This document shows, in pieces, positions 29,186 through 38,247 of a stretch of 64,000 nucleotides of DNA. The stretch comes from Pseudomonadota bacterium (GTDB taxonomy: Bacteria; Pseudomonadota; Alphaproteobacteria; Caulobacterales; Parvularculaceae). Every line of letters begins with the position of its first letter. Positions within the stretch are counted from its first letter, which is position 1. The position numbers and the translations under genes were made by a program. The stretch spans positions 20,685-84,684 of the forward strand of contig JBCBJX010000003.1 in assembly GCA_038522735.1 (NCBI GenBank), in the 5' to 3' direction. Under the pieces are notes generated by a model, which was not told the DNA's origin, did no database searches, and saw nothing but the letters and a program-made list of their open reading frames with translations.

Positions 29186-30339
29186 GAGCGGCGCTCCAGA
29201 ACAAGCGTGGCGGCGGCGTGCCGGGCGGCGAGAGAGCCTCCGATGCCCGTGGCGACGGCGAGATCGCAGTTCGGAACCTGAACAGCGAAGTGCGCCTCGC
29301 TCCGCAGCTGACGGACGGCCTCGACGACCTTGGTCATGCCACCGCGGAACATCGGATGGTTGTTGCAGAGCCCGCCGCCGTCGGTATTGAAGGGGAGCCG
29401 CCCCGATCCTGAGATAAGGCCGCCGTCGACGACAAACCGTCCGCCTGCGCCCTTTTCACAAAAGCCGAGGTCTTCGAGCTGCAGGAGGACGGTGATTGTA
29501 AAGCTGTCGTAGATCGAGGCGTACTTTATGTCGGCGGGTTCGACGCCCGCCTCCTCGAAGGCCCGGGGACCCGACTGGGCTGCAGCGGTGGTCGTCAGAT
29601 CAAGATCGAGACCGCCCCGCGGCCCTTTCATCGCTTCGCCCGCGCCGAGGACGGAGACAATCGGCCGGCCGAGAGATTTCGCGATTTCCGGCCGGACGAC
29701 GACGAGCGCGCCGCCGCCGTCGGTCGTCACGCAGCAGTCGAGCCTGTGCAGCGGATCGGCGATCATCGGAGAGGCGAGCACGTCCTCGACCGACACTTTG
29801 TTCGGCAAAAGAGCGTTCGGATTATGCTGCGCGTGTTCCGAAGCGGCGACCTTGATCCAGGCGAGCTCTTCCGACGTCGTTCCGTACTCATTCATGTGTC
29901 GCGCCGCGCACATGCCATAACTCGTATGATTGGTGAGCCCGACCCACGCCTCGAACTGTTCTTCCGGCGCCCTGGGTCGCATCCGCTGCACGGGCTCCGA
30001 CAGCGGACGGCCGGCCAGGGTGATGAGCGCGACGTCGCACTTGCCCAGCGCGATCGCCGCTGCGGCGTGGCCGACATGGGCGATGTAGGAGCAGCCGCCG
30101 AGCTCGGTCGAATCAAGGTGGCGGAGCGTCAGCCCCATATAGTCGGCCATCGACAGGGGGCCGAAGCCCGGCGCGTCGGTGGCGCAGAAATATCCGTCCA
30201 CGTCTGAAAAGGAAAGCCCGGCGTCGGCGAGAGCGCCGGCGGCGCATTCGGCGTGCAGCTCCGCAAGCGAATGGTCCGGCGCTTTACGCAGCGGATGCTC
30301 GAAGGCCCCGGCGATGCAAGCCGCGTTCTTGATCGTCAT
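29182..30339 (-). CDS. thiolase-fold protein (SCP-x / lipid-transfer-type, DUF35 partner)
   Basis: It is of thiolase-like length and has thiolase-like blocks ('NTDGGGLCNNHP', 'GIGGS'). I chose the start at MTIKNAACIAGAFEHP (30339). Confidence 0.7.
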   Translation of the reverse strand: MTIKNAACIAGAFEHPLRKAPDHSLAELHAECAAGALADAGLSFSDVDGYFCATDAPGFGPLSMADYMGLTLRHLDSTELGGCSYIAHVGHAAAAIALGKCDVALITLAGRPLSEPVQRMRPRAPEEQFEAWVGLTNHTSYGMCAARHMNEYGTTSEELAWIKVAASEHAQHNPNALLPNKVSVEDVLASPMIADPLHRLDCCVTTDGGGALVVVRPEIAKSLGRPIVSVLGAGEAMKGPRGGLDLDLTTTAAAQSGPRAFEEAGVEPADIKYASIYDSFTITVLLQLEDLGFCEKGAGGRFVVDGGLISGSGRLPFNTDGGGLCNNHPMFRGGMTKVVEAVRQLRSEAHFAVQVPNCDLAVATGIGGSLAARHAAATLVLERRS

Positions 30340-30570
30340 TATCGCTCCGTCACTGCGCCGTTCGGATCGATAACACCTCATCGCCGGCTGAAAAGGCGGG
30401 CGGGCAGGCGTCGGCGCAATCGCCCGCCATGATCGCCGGCGTCGCCGCCTGGGAGGGCCGAATCCACCATCCGCAGGGTCGGCGGCCCGCTTCCGAAAAA
30501 CGATTGTTACAAGCGCTTCATTTTTGCGACAGAGCTGTTAACGTTTGGTCGGAATTCGAGGGGTTCAACC

Positions 30571-31683
30571 ATGAAACTGAAGTTTGCGTGCGCGTCGCTG
30601 GCGCTTTTCCCGGCTGCTGCTTTTGCAGCTCCGATCACGACGGATCTGACATTCGCCGAAGTCGGCGAGCACGTAGCGGGGAACGCGCAGAGCACCCTCG
30701 CCACGGTCGGCGATCCGGACGGCGCGATCTCCAACGATCCGATTTTCAACGGCGTCGGTTCGCTATTTGTCGGCGGCGGTCTTTGCACCGCGACGCTCGT
30801 GAACTCGTTTCAGGCGATCACCGCCGCCCACTGTTTCGGCGACGGCGCCGGCGACGGCAGCCTCACCAACATCACCACAGACAACGTCGTCCTCGGACTC
30901 GGAGACGTCTTCATCGACGGCGCGACTGCGTTTTTCGAAGACGTCATCAATATCGCGGAGGTGATCATTAATCCGCTGTGGCTCGGGCCGACGGGCGGGG
31001 TGGACGTGCTGCCGGACGGATCGCTCGTCCAGGACGTCTTGGGCGACGGCGACATCGCCATCATCAACCTCGCAACGGAGGCGGTCGGCTTCAACACATA
31101 CGACGTGCTGCTCGAGCAGACCTTCGACGAACTGTTCCAGCCGCACATTCGCGTCGGTCGCGGTTCCAACAGCCCGCTCGGCGATCCGAGCGATGTCGGG
31201 AGCGATCTTGAAATCCGCGTCGGAGCCAACGAATACGATCTGTTCCTGAGCAACGTTCTCGCCACGGACACGGTTCTGCCCGGCTCGAAGCTTCTTTACG
31301 ATTGCGACAGCGGCGCCGTCGCCGACAATTTCCTCCCGAGCTTTTCGACCGCCGGACCGGGTGAGGTTTTCGGGCCTGGTTCCCTCGGCCTCGGCGACAT
31401 CGAAGCCTGCGCGACGCCTGGCGATTCCGGCGGCGGCAACTTCATAATCGATCCGTTCACGGGCGAACTCATTCTCGTCGGCGTGACGTCTTTCGGCTCC
31501 AGCCCGCAGCAGTTCGGCGGGTTCGGCGGCGACACCAGCACCGCCGCCCACGGCGACTGGCTTGCGCAAAACCTGTTCGTCACCGGGGGCGGACCGATCC
31601 AGCCGGTGTCGGCGCCCGCGCCGCTCGGTTTGCTAGTCCTCGGCCTTCTCGGCATCGGAGCGGCGGCCCGTCGCCGCAGCTGA
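30571..31683 (+). CDS. secreted trypsin-like (S1) serine protease with a PEP-CTERM-like C-terminal sorting tail
   Basis: The signal peptide is 'MKLKFACASLALFPAAAFA'. The catalytic His is in 'ITAAHCF', the Asp in 'GDIAIINL' and the Ser in 'PGDSGGG'. The C-terminus is 'VSAPAPLGLLVLGLLGIGAAARRRS'. Confidence 0.75.
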   Translation: MKLKFACASLALFPAAAFAAPITTDLTFAEVGEHVAGNAQSTLATVGDPDGAISNDPIFNGVGSLFVGGGLCTATLVNSFQAITAAHCFGDGAGDGSLTNITTDNVVLGLGDVFIDGATAFFEDVINIAEVIINPLWLGPTGGVDVLPDGSLVQDVLGDGDIAIINLATEAVGFNTYDVLLEQTFDELFQPHIRVGRGSNSPLGDPSDVGSDLEIRVGANEYDLFLSNVLATDTVLPGSKLLYDCDSGAVADNFLPSFSTAGPGEVFGPGSLGLGDIEACATPGDSGGGNFIIDPFTGELILVGVTSFGSSPQQFGGFGGDTSTAAHGDWLAQNLFVTGGGPIQPVSAPAPLGLLVLGLLGIGAAARRRS

Positions 31684-31871
31684 TTTCGGAGCGTCAGGCG
31701 CGGCGTCCAGCCGCGCCTGAACCCGCATTCGACAAGTCGCCCCTGAAAAGCACTTCCTGAAAAGTAATTCGGGGCGGCGCGACGCACTCCTTTCGCTGCG
31801 CCGCAGAAACGGGCTCGCTTTCCACGTCGTTATCGGCTTTAAGGCGGGCTCCGTTTTCCCCGAGACATCCA

Positions 31872-33707
31872 ATGGACATCCGCAACATCGCGATCATCGC
31901 GCACGTCGATCATGGCAAGACGACGCTGGTCGATCAGCTTCTGAAGGCGTCGCTCTCCGAGCGCGAGGCGGCCGCCCTCGCCGAGCGGGCGATGGACTCC
32001 AATGCGCTGGAGAAAGAGCGGGGCATCACGATCCTCGCCAAGGCGACCTCCGTCGTCTGGGAGGGAACGCGGATCAACATCGTCGATACGCCGGGCCACG
32101 CGGATTTCGGCGGCGAGGTGGAGCGCATCCTCTCCATGGTCGACGGGGTCGTGCTGCTGGTCGACGCTGCTGAAAGCGTCATGCCGCAGACGAAGTTCGT
32201 CCTCTCCAAGGCGATCGGCCTCGGCCTCAAACCCATCGTCGTCATCAACAAGATCGACCGCTCCGACGCCCAGCCGGACGTGACGATCGAGGAGATCTAC
32301 GATCTGTTCCTTTCTCTAGAGGCAAGCGACGATCAACTCGACTTCCGGGTGCTCTACGCATCGGGGCGACAGGGCTGGGCCGTCGAAGATCTGGATAAAG
32401 AGGAGCGGATCTCGCTGGAGCCGCTTTTCCGAGCCATCGTCGAGACCGTGCCAGAGCCGAAGGCGACCGCGAACCGGGGCGCCGAGAAGCCCTTCAAGAT
32501 GCTGGCGACGACGCTTGAGGCCGACCCCTTTCTCGGCCGCATTCTTACGGGCCTTGTCGAATCCGGCGAGATCGCGACCAACAAAGCGATCAAAGCCATC
32601 TCCCGCGAGGGGAAGTCGGTCGAGCAGGCGCGAGTCTCGAAGATCCTCGCCTTCCGCGGCCTGGAGCGCCAGCCGATCGAGCGGGCCGAAGCGGGCGACA
32701 TCATCGCCATCGCCGGGCTGCAGACCGCGACGGTCGCCGACACCTTATGCGATCTTTCCGTCTCCGAACCGATCGCGGCGACCCCCATCGATCCTCCGAC
32801 GCTCTCCATGACGGTCGGCATCAATGATTCCCCGCTCGCGGGCCGCGAAGGCGACAAGGTGCAGAGCCGGGTGATCCGCACCCGCCTCCTGCGCGAGGCG
32901 GAAGGCAATGTCGCGATCCGCATCTCCGAAACGCCGAGCGGGGAAGCCTTCGAGGTCGCCGGGCGCGGCGAGCTGCAGCTCGGCGTCCTCATCGAGACCA
33001 TGCGCCGCGAAGGCTTCGAACTCGCCATTTCGCGGCCCCGCGTTCTCTATAAAGAGAACCCGGAGACCGGCCAGCGCCTCGAGCCCTATGAAAGCGTCAC
33101 GGTGGACGTGGACGAGGAGTATTCCGGCGTCGTCATCGAGAAGATTTCGCTGCGCAAGGGCGAAATGCAGGACATGCGCAATACGGGCGCCGGCAAGCAG
33201 CGCCTCGTCTTCCGCGCCCCGTCCCGCGGCCTCATCGGCTATCACGGCGAGTTCCTGACGGACACCCGCGGCACCGGCGTGATGAACCGCGTGTTCGAGA
33301 CCTATGGCCCTTACGCCGGCCCGATCGAGGGACGCGGCAAAGGCGCTCTTATCTCCTCAGAAGACGGAGAGGCGGTCGCTTTCGCGCTCTTCGGGCTTGA
33401 AGATCGCGGCAAGCTTTTTGTCGAGCCGCAGACGAAGGTCTATCAGGGCATGATCATCGGCGAGCATTCGCGCGACAATGATCTCGACGTGAACCCGATC
33501 AAGACGAAGAAGCTGACCAACATTCGCGCCGCCGGCAAGGACGATGCGATCAAGCTCTCGCCGATCACGCCGATGACGTTGGAGCAGGCGATCGCCTATA
33601 TTCAGAACGACGAGCTGGTGGAGGTGACGCCGAAATCTGTCCGTCTAAGGAAGAAAGCGCTCATCCCGCACGAGCGCAAGAAGCTCGCGAAGCTGGAGGC
33701 GGAGTAG
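31872..33707 (+). CDS. typA: translational GTPase TypA/BipA
   Basis: '[22 protein letters not shown]' and '[14 protein letters not shown]', with full-length BipA architecture (611 aa). Confidence 0.95.
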   Translation: MDIRNIAIIAHVDHGKTTLVDQLLKASLSEREAAALAERAMDSNALEKERGITILAKATSVVWEGTRINIVDTPGHADFGGEVERILSMVDGVVLLVDAAESVMPQTKFVLSKAIGLGLKPIVVINKIDRSDAQPDVTIEEIYDLFLSLEASDDQLDFRVLYASGRQGWAVEDLDKEERISLEPLFRAIVETVPEPKATANRGAEKPFKMLATTLEADPFLGRILTGLVESGEIATNKAIKAISREGKSVEQARVSKILAFRGLERQPIERAEAGDIIAIAGLQTATVADTLCDLSVSEPIAATPIDPPTLSMTVGINDSPLAGREGDKVQSRVIRTRLLREAEGNVAIRISETPSGEAFEVAGRGELQLGVLIETMRREGFELAISRPRVLYKENPETGQRLEPYESVTVDVDEEYSGVVIEKISLRKGEMQDMRNTGAGKQRLVFRAPSRGLIGYHGEFLTDTRGTGVMNRVFETYGPYAGPIEGRGKGALISSEDGEAVAFALFGLEDRGKLFVEPQTKVYQGMIIGEHSRDNDLDVNPIKTKKLTNIRAAGKDDAIKLSPITPMTLEQAIAYIQNDELVEVTPKSVRLRKKALIPHERKKLAKLEAE

Positions 33708-33738
33708 CCTCCAGCGTCGTGCATTCTGTTTCCGGCGA

Positions 33739-34131
33739 TCAGTCCCCGTTCCGGTCTCGGCGAATGAAGATCCGCGAGATAATCAGAACAAGGCCGATCG
33801 CGCCGGGGATCGCGGCGACACCCGCAAGGATGACCGGAACTTCATCGTCCCCGGACGCGTAGCCGATCGCCTGGCCGAGAACGACAAGCCCGAACGCAAC
33901 GCCGAGAAGCACGGCGCCGCCGACGCCGATGCCTGATCCGGATTCGGTGTCGGCGAGGCCGAGCGCCCGGATCGTCTCCGGCGAGAGTCCCTTGCCCGAT
34001 GCGGCGAGCTCGCGGATGGTTTTCTGGCGGTCCCGGTTGCGCTGAACGGAAAAGATGTTCCCGATCAGGATGATGGCGATAACGAAGGCGAAGACGAGCA
34101 AAAGGTCTCCGTCAAAGTTGAAAAAGTCCAT
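33739..34131 (-). CDS. hypothetical membrane protein (about 3 TM segments)
   Basis: I chose the start at 'MDFFNFDGDLLLVFAFVIAIILIGNIF'. Hydrophobic segments are separated by a charged loop. I recognised no family. Confidence 0.5.
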   Translation of the reverse strand: MDFFNFDGDLLLVFAFVIAIILIGNIFSVQRNRDRQKTIRELAASGKGLSPETIRALGLADTESGSGIGVGGAVLLGVAFGLVVLGQAIGYASGDDEVPVILAGVAAIPGAIGLVLIISRIFIRRDRNGD

Positions 34132-34317
34132 GGCGAACCCCCTGTCATTGTTATTCGCTTGAAGTATCGGGCTTTTCCGCCCGCCTGTCATCGGCGCCCG
34201 CCGCATGGGGCCGACGGCTCGTCGCAAAGGGGGCGTTTACCCTTGGCCGTCATCATCCTTGCCTCTAAACTTTAACGGCTTGCGCGATCGGGCGACGCGC
34301 GAACCGGGGAGCCGGAC

Positions 34318-34536
34318 GTGACGCGCGATCGATCCATATACGACCCCGTCGCCGTCGAGATCGACGGCGAAACGGTATTTATGCCGCGCTGGATGACGCG
34401 CACTGTCGGCCGCCGCCGGCGCGACGCCGAAGGTCCCGAACGCCGCGTTTTCATCAGCCGGTTCGACGCCCCGCCGCCGGTCGGCGCAAAACCTCAAGGC
34501 GTTCCCGCGGGCCCGCGCGAGCCGTCGACGCACTGA
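34318..34536 (+). CDS. candidate 72-aa ORF in the long intergenic region upstream of the MBOAT gene (weak)
   Basis: The GTG start has GGGGAG about 8 nt upstream. Hand-counted GC by codon position is about 74/60/78%, which is only a weak coding signature. I recognised no motif. Confidence 0.25.
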   Translation: MTRDRSIYDPVAVEIDGETVFMPRWMTRTVGRRRRDAEGPERRVFISRFDAPPPVGAKPQGVPAGPREPSTH

Positions 34537-34602
34537 CCGGCGTAGCGCGCCGATTGACGTCCGCGTCCGGCGCACGCAACAGGAGGGAAAGCGGGTCCCT
34601 CC

Positions 34603-36117
34603 ATGCTCTTCAACTCATTCGTCTTCATCGGCGCGTTCCTGCCGCTCTGCCTTCTCGTTTATTACGCGACGGGGAAGGCGGCGGGCTTCGGACCCGTCCA
34701 GAAGGCGATCCTCGTTCTCTTCTCCCTCTTCTTCTACGGCTTCTGGAAGCCGATTTATCTGGGGCTCCTCTTCGCCTCGCTGGTCGTCAATTACGGGGCG
34801 TTCAAATGGATGCGCGCCGCGCCCGACCGGGGGCGGACGATCATGGTCCTCGGGATCGCCTTCAATCTCTGCCTACTCGGATACTTCAAATACGCCGGCT
34901 TCTTCGCCGAGAGCCTTTCGCTTCTGCCAGGTCTTGAGTTTCCCGCTCTCAACATCGCCCTGCCGCTCGCGATTTCTTTCTTCACATTCCAGCAGATCGC
35001 TTTTCTGGTCGACGCGCGCAAAGATCAGACGTTCGACTATTCAATTATCGACTACTCGTTTTTCGTTACGTTCTTCCCGCAGCTTATCGCCGGGCCGATC
35101 GTCCATCACAAGGAGATCATCCCGCAATATGCGAGCCTTGCGGAGCGCTCCAACATCCTCCGCAATCTGCATATCGGGCTCGCCGTTTTCACGCTCGGCC
35201 TTGCAAAGAAAGTGCTGCTCGCGGACAGCTTCGCCCAGTACGCAACGCCGGTGTTCGCCGCTGCCGACGGCGGCGCGTCGATCGGGTTTCAGGACGCCTG
35301 GACCGGCGCGCTCGCCTACACCCTGCAGCTTTATTTCGATTTCTCCGGCTACAGCGAAATGGCGATCGGCCTTGCGGCCATGTTCGGGCTGAAGCTGCCG
35401 GTCAATTTCTCCATGCCCTATAAAGCGCGGAACATTTCCGATTTCTGGCGGCGCTGGCACATCACCCTGTCGGAGTTCCTGCGCGACTATCTCTATATTC
35501 CCCTCGGCGGGAACCGGAAGGGACGCGCCCGGCGTTATCTCAATCTCTTCATCACCATGCTCCTCGGAGGGCTCTGGCACGGGGCGGGGTGGACCTTCGT
35601 CTTCTGGGGCGGGCTTCACGGCGCTTACCTCGCGCTCAATCAGGCGACGAACGATTTCGCGCCGCGCCTCGCCGAGGCGGTGAGGAGGGCGCCGCTCCTG
35701 CCATACGTCCTCACTTTCGGCGCAGTGGTCTATGCATGGGTGTTCTTCCGGGCGGAAACGTTCGGAGGCGCCCTCGCCATCGTCGCGGCGATGAGCGACG
35801 TTCCGTCTTACGCCGAGCCCGCCGCCATCGCGCCAGCGATACGTTCGGGCCTCGCCGCCGATCTTCCGGGCGGGGCTGTCCTTCATCTCGCGATCGGCCT
35901 TGCGATCGTCTTCTTCGCGCCCTCGACGCTCGAGATCGCGGCCGACAACGACACGGCGCTGAAGCGCGGCGCCGTCTATCAGCCGCCGGCTGGCCCGCGC
36001 TTCGCTCTCGCTCGCGCGGTTTTGGCGAACCCCGTCGTGATTGCGGCCCTTTTCATTCTCTCGCTCTACCAGGTGCTGCTCGCCGGCGCCGGCGAATTTC
36101 TCTACTTTAACTTCTGA
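34603..36117 (+). CDS. MBOAT family O-acyltransferase (AlgI/PatA/DltB-like)
   Basis: It begins 'MLFNSFVFIGAFLPL' and contains the MBOAT signature 'FWRRWHITLSEFLRDYLYIPLGGNR'. It has multiple TM segments. Confidence 0.88.
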   Translation: MLFNSFVFIGAFLPLCLLVYYATGKAAGFGPVQKAILVLFSLFFYGFWKPIYLGLLFASLVVNYGAFKWMRAAPDRGRTIMVLGIAFNLCLLGYFKYAGFFAESLSLLPGLEFPALNIALPLAISFFTFQQIAFLVDARKDQTFDYSIIDYSFFVTFFPQLIAGPIVHHKEIIPQYASLAERSNILRNLHIGLAVFTLGLAKKVLLADSFAQYATPVFAAADGGASIGFQDAWTGALAYTLQLYFDFSGYSEMAIGLAAMFGLKLPVNFSMPYKARNISDFWRRWHITLSEFLRDYLYIPLGGNRKGRARRYLNLFITMLLGGLWHGAGWTFVFWGGLHGAYLALNQATNDFAPRLAEAVRRAPLLPYVLTFGAVVYAWVFFRAETFGGALAIVAAMSDVPSYAEPAAIAPAIRSGLAADLPGGAVLHLAIGLAIVFFAPSTLEIAADNDTALKRGAVYQPPAGPRFALARAVLANPVVIAALFILSLYQVLLAGAGEFLYFNF

Positions 36118-36128
36118 AGGAGAGGCGC

Positions 36129-37181
36129 ATGCGGACGGGCGGGCACGGGATCTGGATCAGCGTTTTCATCGGCGTGCTGGTCGCCGCGCTTTCGAGCGTC
36201 GAAGCCTTCTACCGCCATGTCGGCTGCCATTCGATCACCGCCTGCCGGCGCGTCGACGTCGTCTCCAGCGTCGTTAAAGAGAAGACGACGGCGGTTTTCG
36301 GCGCAAGCGTCACTTACGGCGCTTTTTACTATATGCCGGCGATCGATCCGCAGACGCTTAATCTGACGTCGAACGGCGCGACCACCTTCACCGGCAACGC
36401 GATCCTGTTTGAAGACATGCTCACGCGCACAGACGATCTTCAGCGGATGTTTTATTTCACGCCTGCGGAGCTTTTTACGAAGCAACCGCTGAAGGACGAC
36501 GCGCGGCAACGCAATTACTTTTCGAACGTGTTCGACGCGCCTCATGACGTCGTTCGCGCGACCGCCATGTACGAGGCGCGCGAGCGCGACATTTACCTCC
36601 CGGCGCCGCGGCGTTTTCTGGAGAAGCGCTCCGCCGCCCTCATCGAACCGCGCGCTCGGCTCCGCGAGGCGGCGGCGCGCGCTCGCTCGATCGACGGCGC
36701 CTCGCTTCGATGGTGGATCGAACGCAATGCAGGTCTGGAGCAGCCGCCAGTCGCCGGCGAAGCCTGGCGGTCGTCCGTGGGGCGTCAGCGGGCGCGATTG
36801 ATTTCGCCTTTCAGGCCCTCCGTACAGGCAGGAAACGCCCTTCGGCGCATTTCGGACGTGTGCGCCGCACGCGGGATCGCTTGTCACATAGTGCTCGCGC
36901 CGACCCATGAGATCGCCGCCGAGGCGCTGGCTGCCGATCCTGCATGGGCGGCGTTTCGCGCCGAACAGCCCGGTTTCTGCTGGCTCGACATGAACGGTCC
37001 GCGCGCGTGGCCGAGCGGCGCTTTCCGCGATGATCTGCACCTCATCCGTCCGTGGGAGCTTTACTACCGCAAGATGCTGATGACCGAGGTCCTTGGAGCA
37101 GCGACGGCGGACGAGCGCGCGCCATACGTCATGCCTGGCTCCGAAGCGGCCTGTGCAGGCTTTGTCGAAGATCAGTCGTAG
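36129..37181 (+). CDS. membrane-anchored partner of the MBOAT, possible SGNH/AlgJ-PatB-like O-acetyltransferase
   Basis: It starts 11 nt after the MBOAT stop and has an N-terminal TM 'IWISVFIGVLVAALSSV'. 'VFGASVTYG' near the N-terminus and 'FRDDLHL' (DxxH) near residue 305 match the SGNH block I and block V layout. The family assignment is inferred. Confidence 0.5.
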   Translation: MRTGGHGIWISVFIGVLVAALSSVEAFYRHVGCHSITACRRVDVVSSVVKEKTTAVFGASVTYGAFYYMPAIDPQTLNLTSNGATTFTGNAILFEDMLTRTDDLQRMFYFTPAELFTKQPLKDDARQRNYFSNVFDAPHDVVRATAMYEARERDIYLPAPRRFLEKRSAALIEPRARLREAAARARSIDGASLRWWIERNAGLEQPPVAGEAWRSSVGRQRARLISPFRPSVQAGNALRRISDVCAARGIACHIVLAPTHEIAAEALAADPAWAAFRAEQPGFCWLDMNGPRAWPSGAFRDDLHLIRPWELYYRKMLMTEVLGAATADERAPYVMPGSEAACAGFVEDQS

Positions 37182-37699
37182 GGTTCGACCTTGGTCAGAT
37201 CGAGGGTGTAGGCGGCGTCGCCGAGGCCGTTCAGGTTCTTCTCCGTCGAAAGAACGCCTTCGATCCAGACCGGCGCCCAGAGCTCTTTGATCTGAACCGG
37301 TTGCTCCGTCCGTACATAGACGACCTGGTTGGGCGGCGGGGGCGGCGTGTGGATGCAGGCGCCGAAATAGGGAACCAGCAGGAACTCCGAGATCGATCCC
37401 TTTGGGTTGTAGTCGAACGGGAGAACGTATCCGGGCATGCGGATAAACGCGCCGTCGAGCTCCTCCACCACATTGAAGGTGCCGATCTGCGGCACGGGCG
37501 GATCGTCGCCTGGGAAACCGCTCTGGCCCAGGAGGTTCTTCTGCTGTTCCATGTAAAGCTGCGCCAGCACCTCCTCTTCGCCCTCCGGCAGAAGATCGGT
37601 CCACTTGATCTCCTGCGGCCCATCCTCAGCGCCGGCGAGCGAAACGAGGAGGAGCGTCGCCGCGACGGCGAAAACGCGAAGCAAAGTCTGCAGCATCAT
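37172..37699 (-). CDS. DUF3299 domain-containing periplasmic protein
   Basis: The signal peptide is 'MMLQTLLRVFAVAATLLLVSLAGA'. The signature 'FLLVPYFGACIHTPPPPPNQVVYV' is present. The track ORF to 38146 is a same-frame read-through into a different gene region. Confidence 0.7.
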   Translation of the reverse strand: MMLQTLLRVFAVAATLLLVSLAGAEDGPQEIKWTDLLPEGEEEVLAQLYMEQQKNLLGQSGFPGDDPPVPQIGTFNVVEELDGAFIRMPGYVLPFDYNPKGSISEFLLVPYFGACIHTPPPPPNQVVYVRTEQPVQIKELWAPVWIEGVLSTEKNLNGLGDAAYTLDLTKVEPYD

Positions 37700-38130
37700 G
37701 ATTTTCTCAAGACGGCGAAAACGAGCCCGCCAAGGGCGCCGGCGGCGAGCTGCGCGACAAGTCCGGGCGTCGACTGGGCGCCGATGATCGGGACGACGTC
37801 GAACTGGCGGTACATGAGAAAGAGGGCGAGCCCGATCGCCGCCGCGCCCGCGGCCGGAAACCGCAGGAAGCGGATCGGCGCCAGAACCTGTCCGACGAGC
37901 CATCCGACGGGTAGGGCGACCCCGAAACCCGCCGCGATCACCGCGCCGTAGGCCGGCGCGACGCCGACAAGGTCCTTCCAGGTCTGCGAAAGCCGTTCGG
38001 AGAGCGTTACGTCTGCGCCGAGGTCCTGCAGTCCCGCGAGCACGAAATGGGTTGAAGCGGCCGAGGCGGCGACGAGCGCCGTCGCGGCGGCGAGAAGATA
38101 GGCGACGATAAGACGGGCCGCGGCGCCCAT
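37696..38130 (-). CDS. hypothetical integral membrane protein (about 4 TM segments)
   Basis: 144 aa and very hydrophobic ('LIVAYLLAAATALVAASAA', 'VIAAGFGVALPVGWLVG', 'AAGAAAIGLALFLMY', 'LAAGALGGLVFAVL'). It overlaps the downstream DUF3299 gene by 4 nt. Confidence 0.55.
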   Translation of the reverse strand: MGAAARLIVAYLLAAATALVAASAASTHFVLAGLQDLGADVTLSERLSQTWKDLVGVAPAYGAVIAAGFGVALPVGWLVGQVLAPIRFLRFPAAGAAAIGLALFLMYRQFDVVPIIGAQSTPGLVAQLAAGALGGLVFAVLRKS

Positions 38131-38247
38131 GGACGAGACCTTTCAAGAGGCGGTTTGACAGCTATCTAACGCAGCGGCCCGGCGCGGTAAAATTGGGTCC
38201 GCGCCGGTTTCGCGTTAAAGAGCCGTCGCCCGCCAAGGAGATCGCCC

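Noticed and set aside
34237-34575. 112-aa minus-strand ORF in the long intergenic region
   Set aside because: It is Arg-rich, has no SD and overlaps the slightly better plus-strand candidate. Neither is convincing.
37700-38146. Upstream part of the 324-aa track ORF (37172..38146, minus strand)
   Set aside because: The Arg/Pro-rich translation upstream of MMLQTLL is not protein-like. A different frame (37696-38130) encodes a coherent polytopic membrane protein with a 4-nt overlap.
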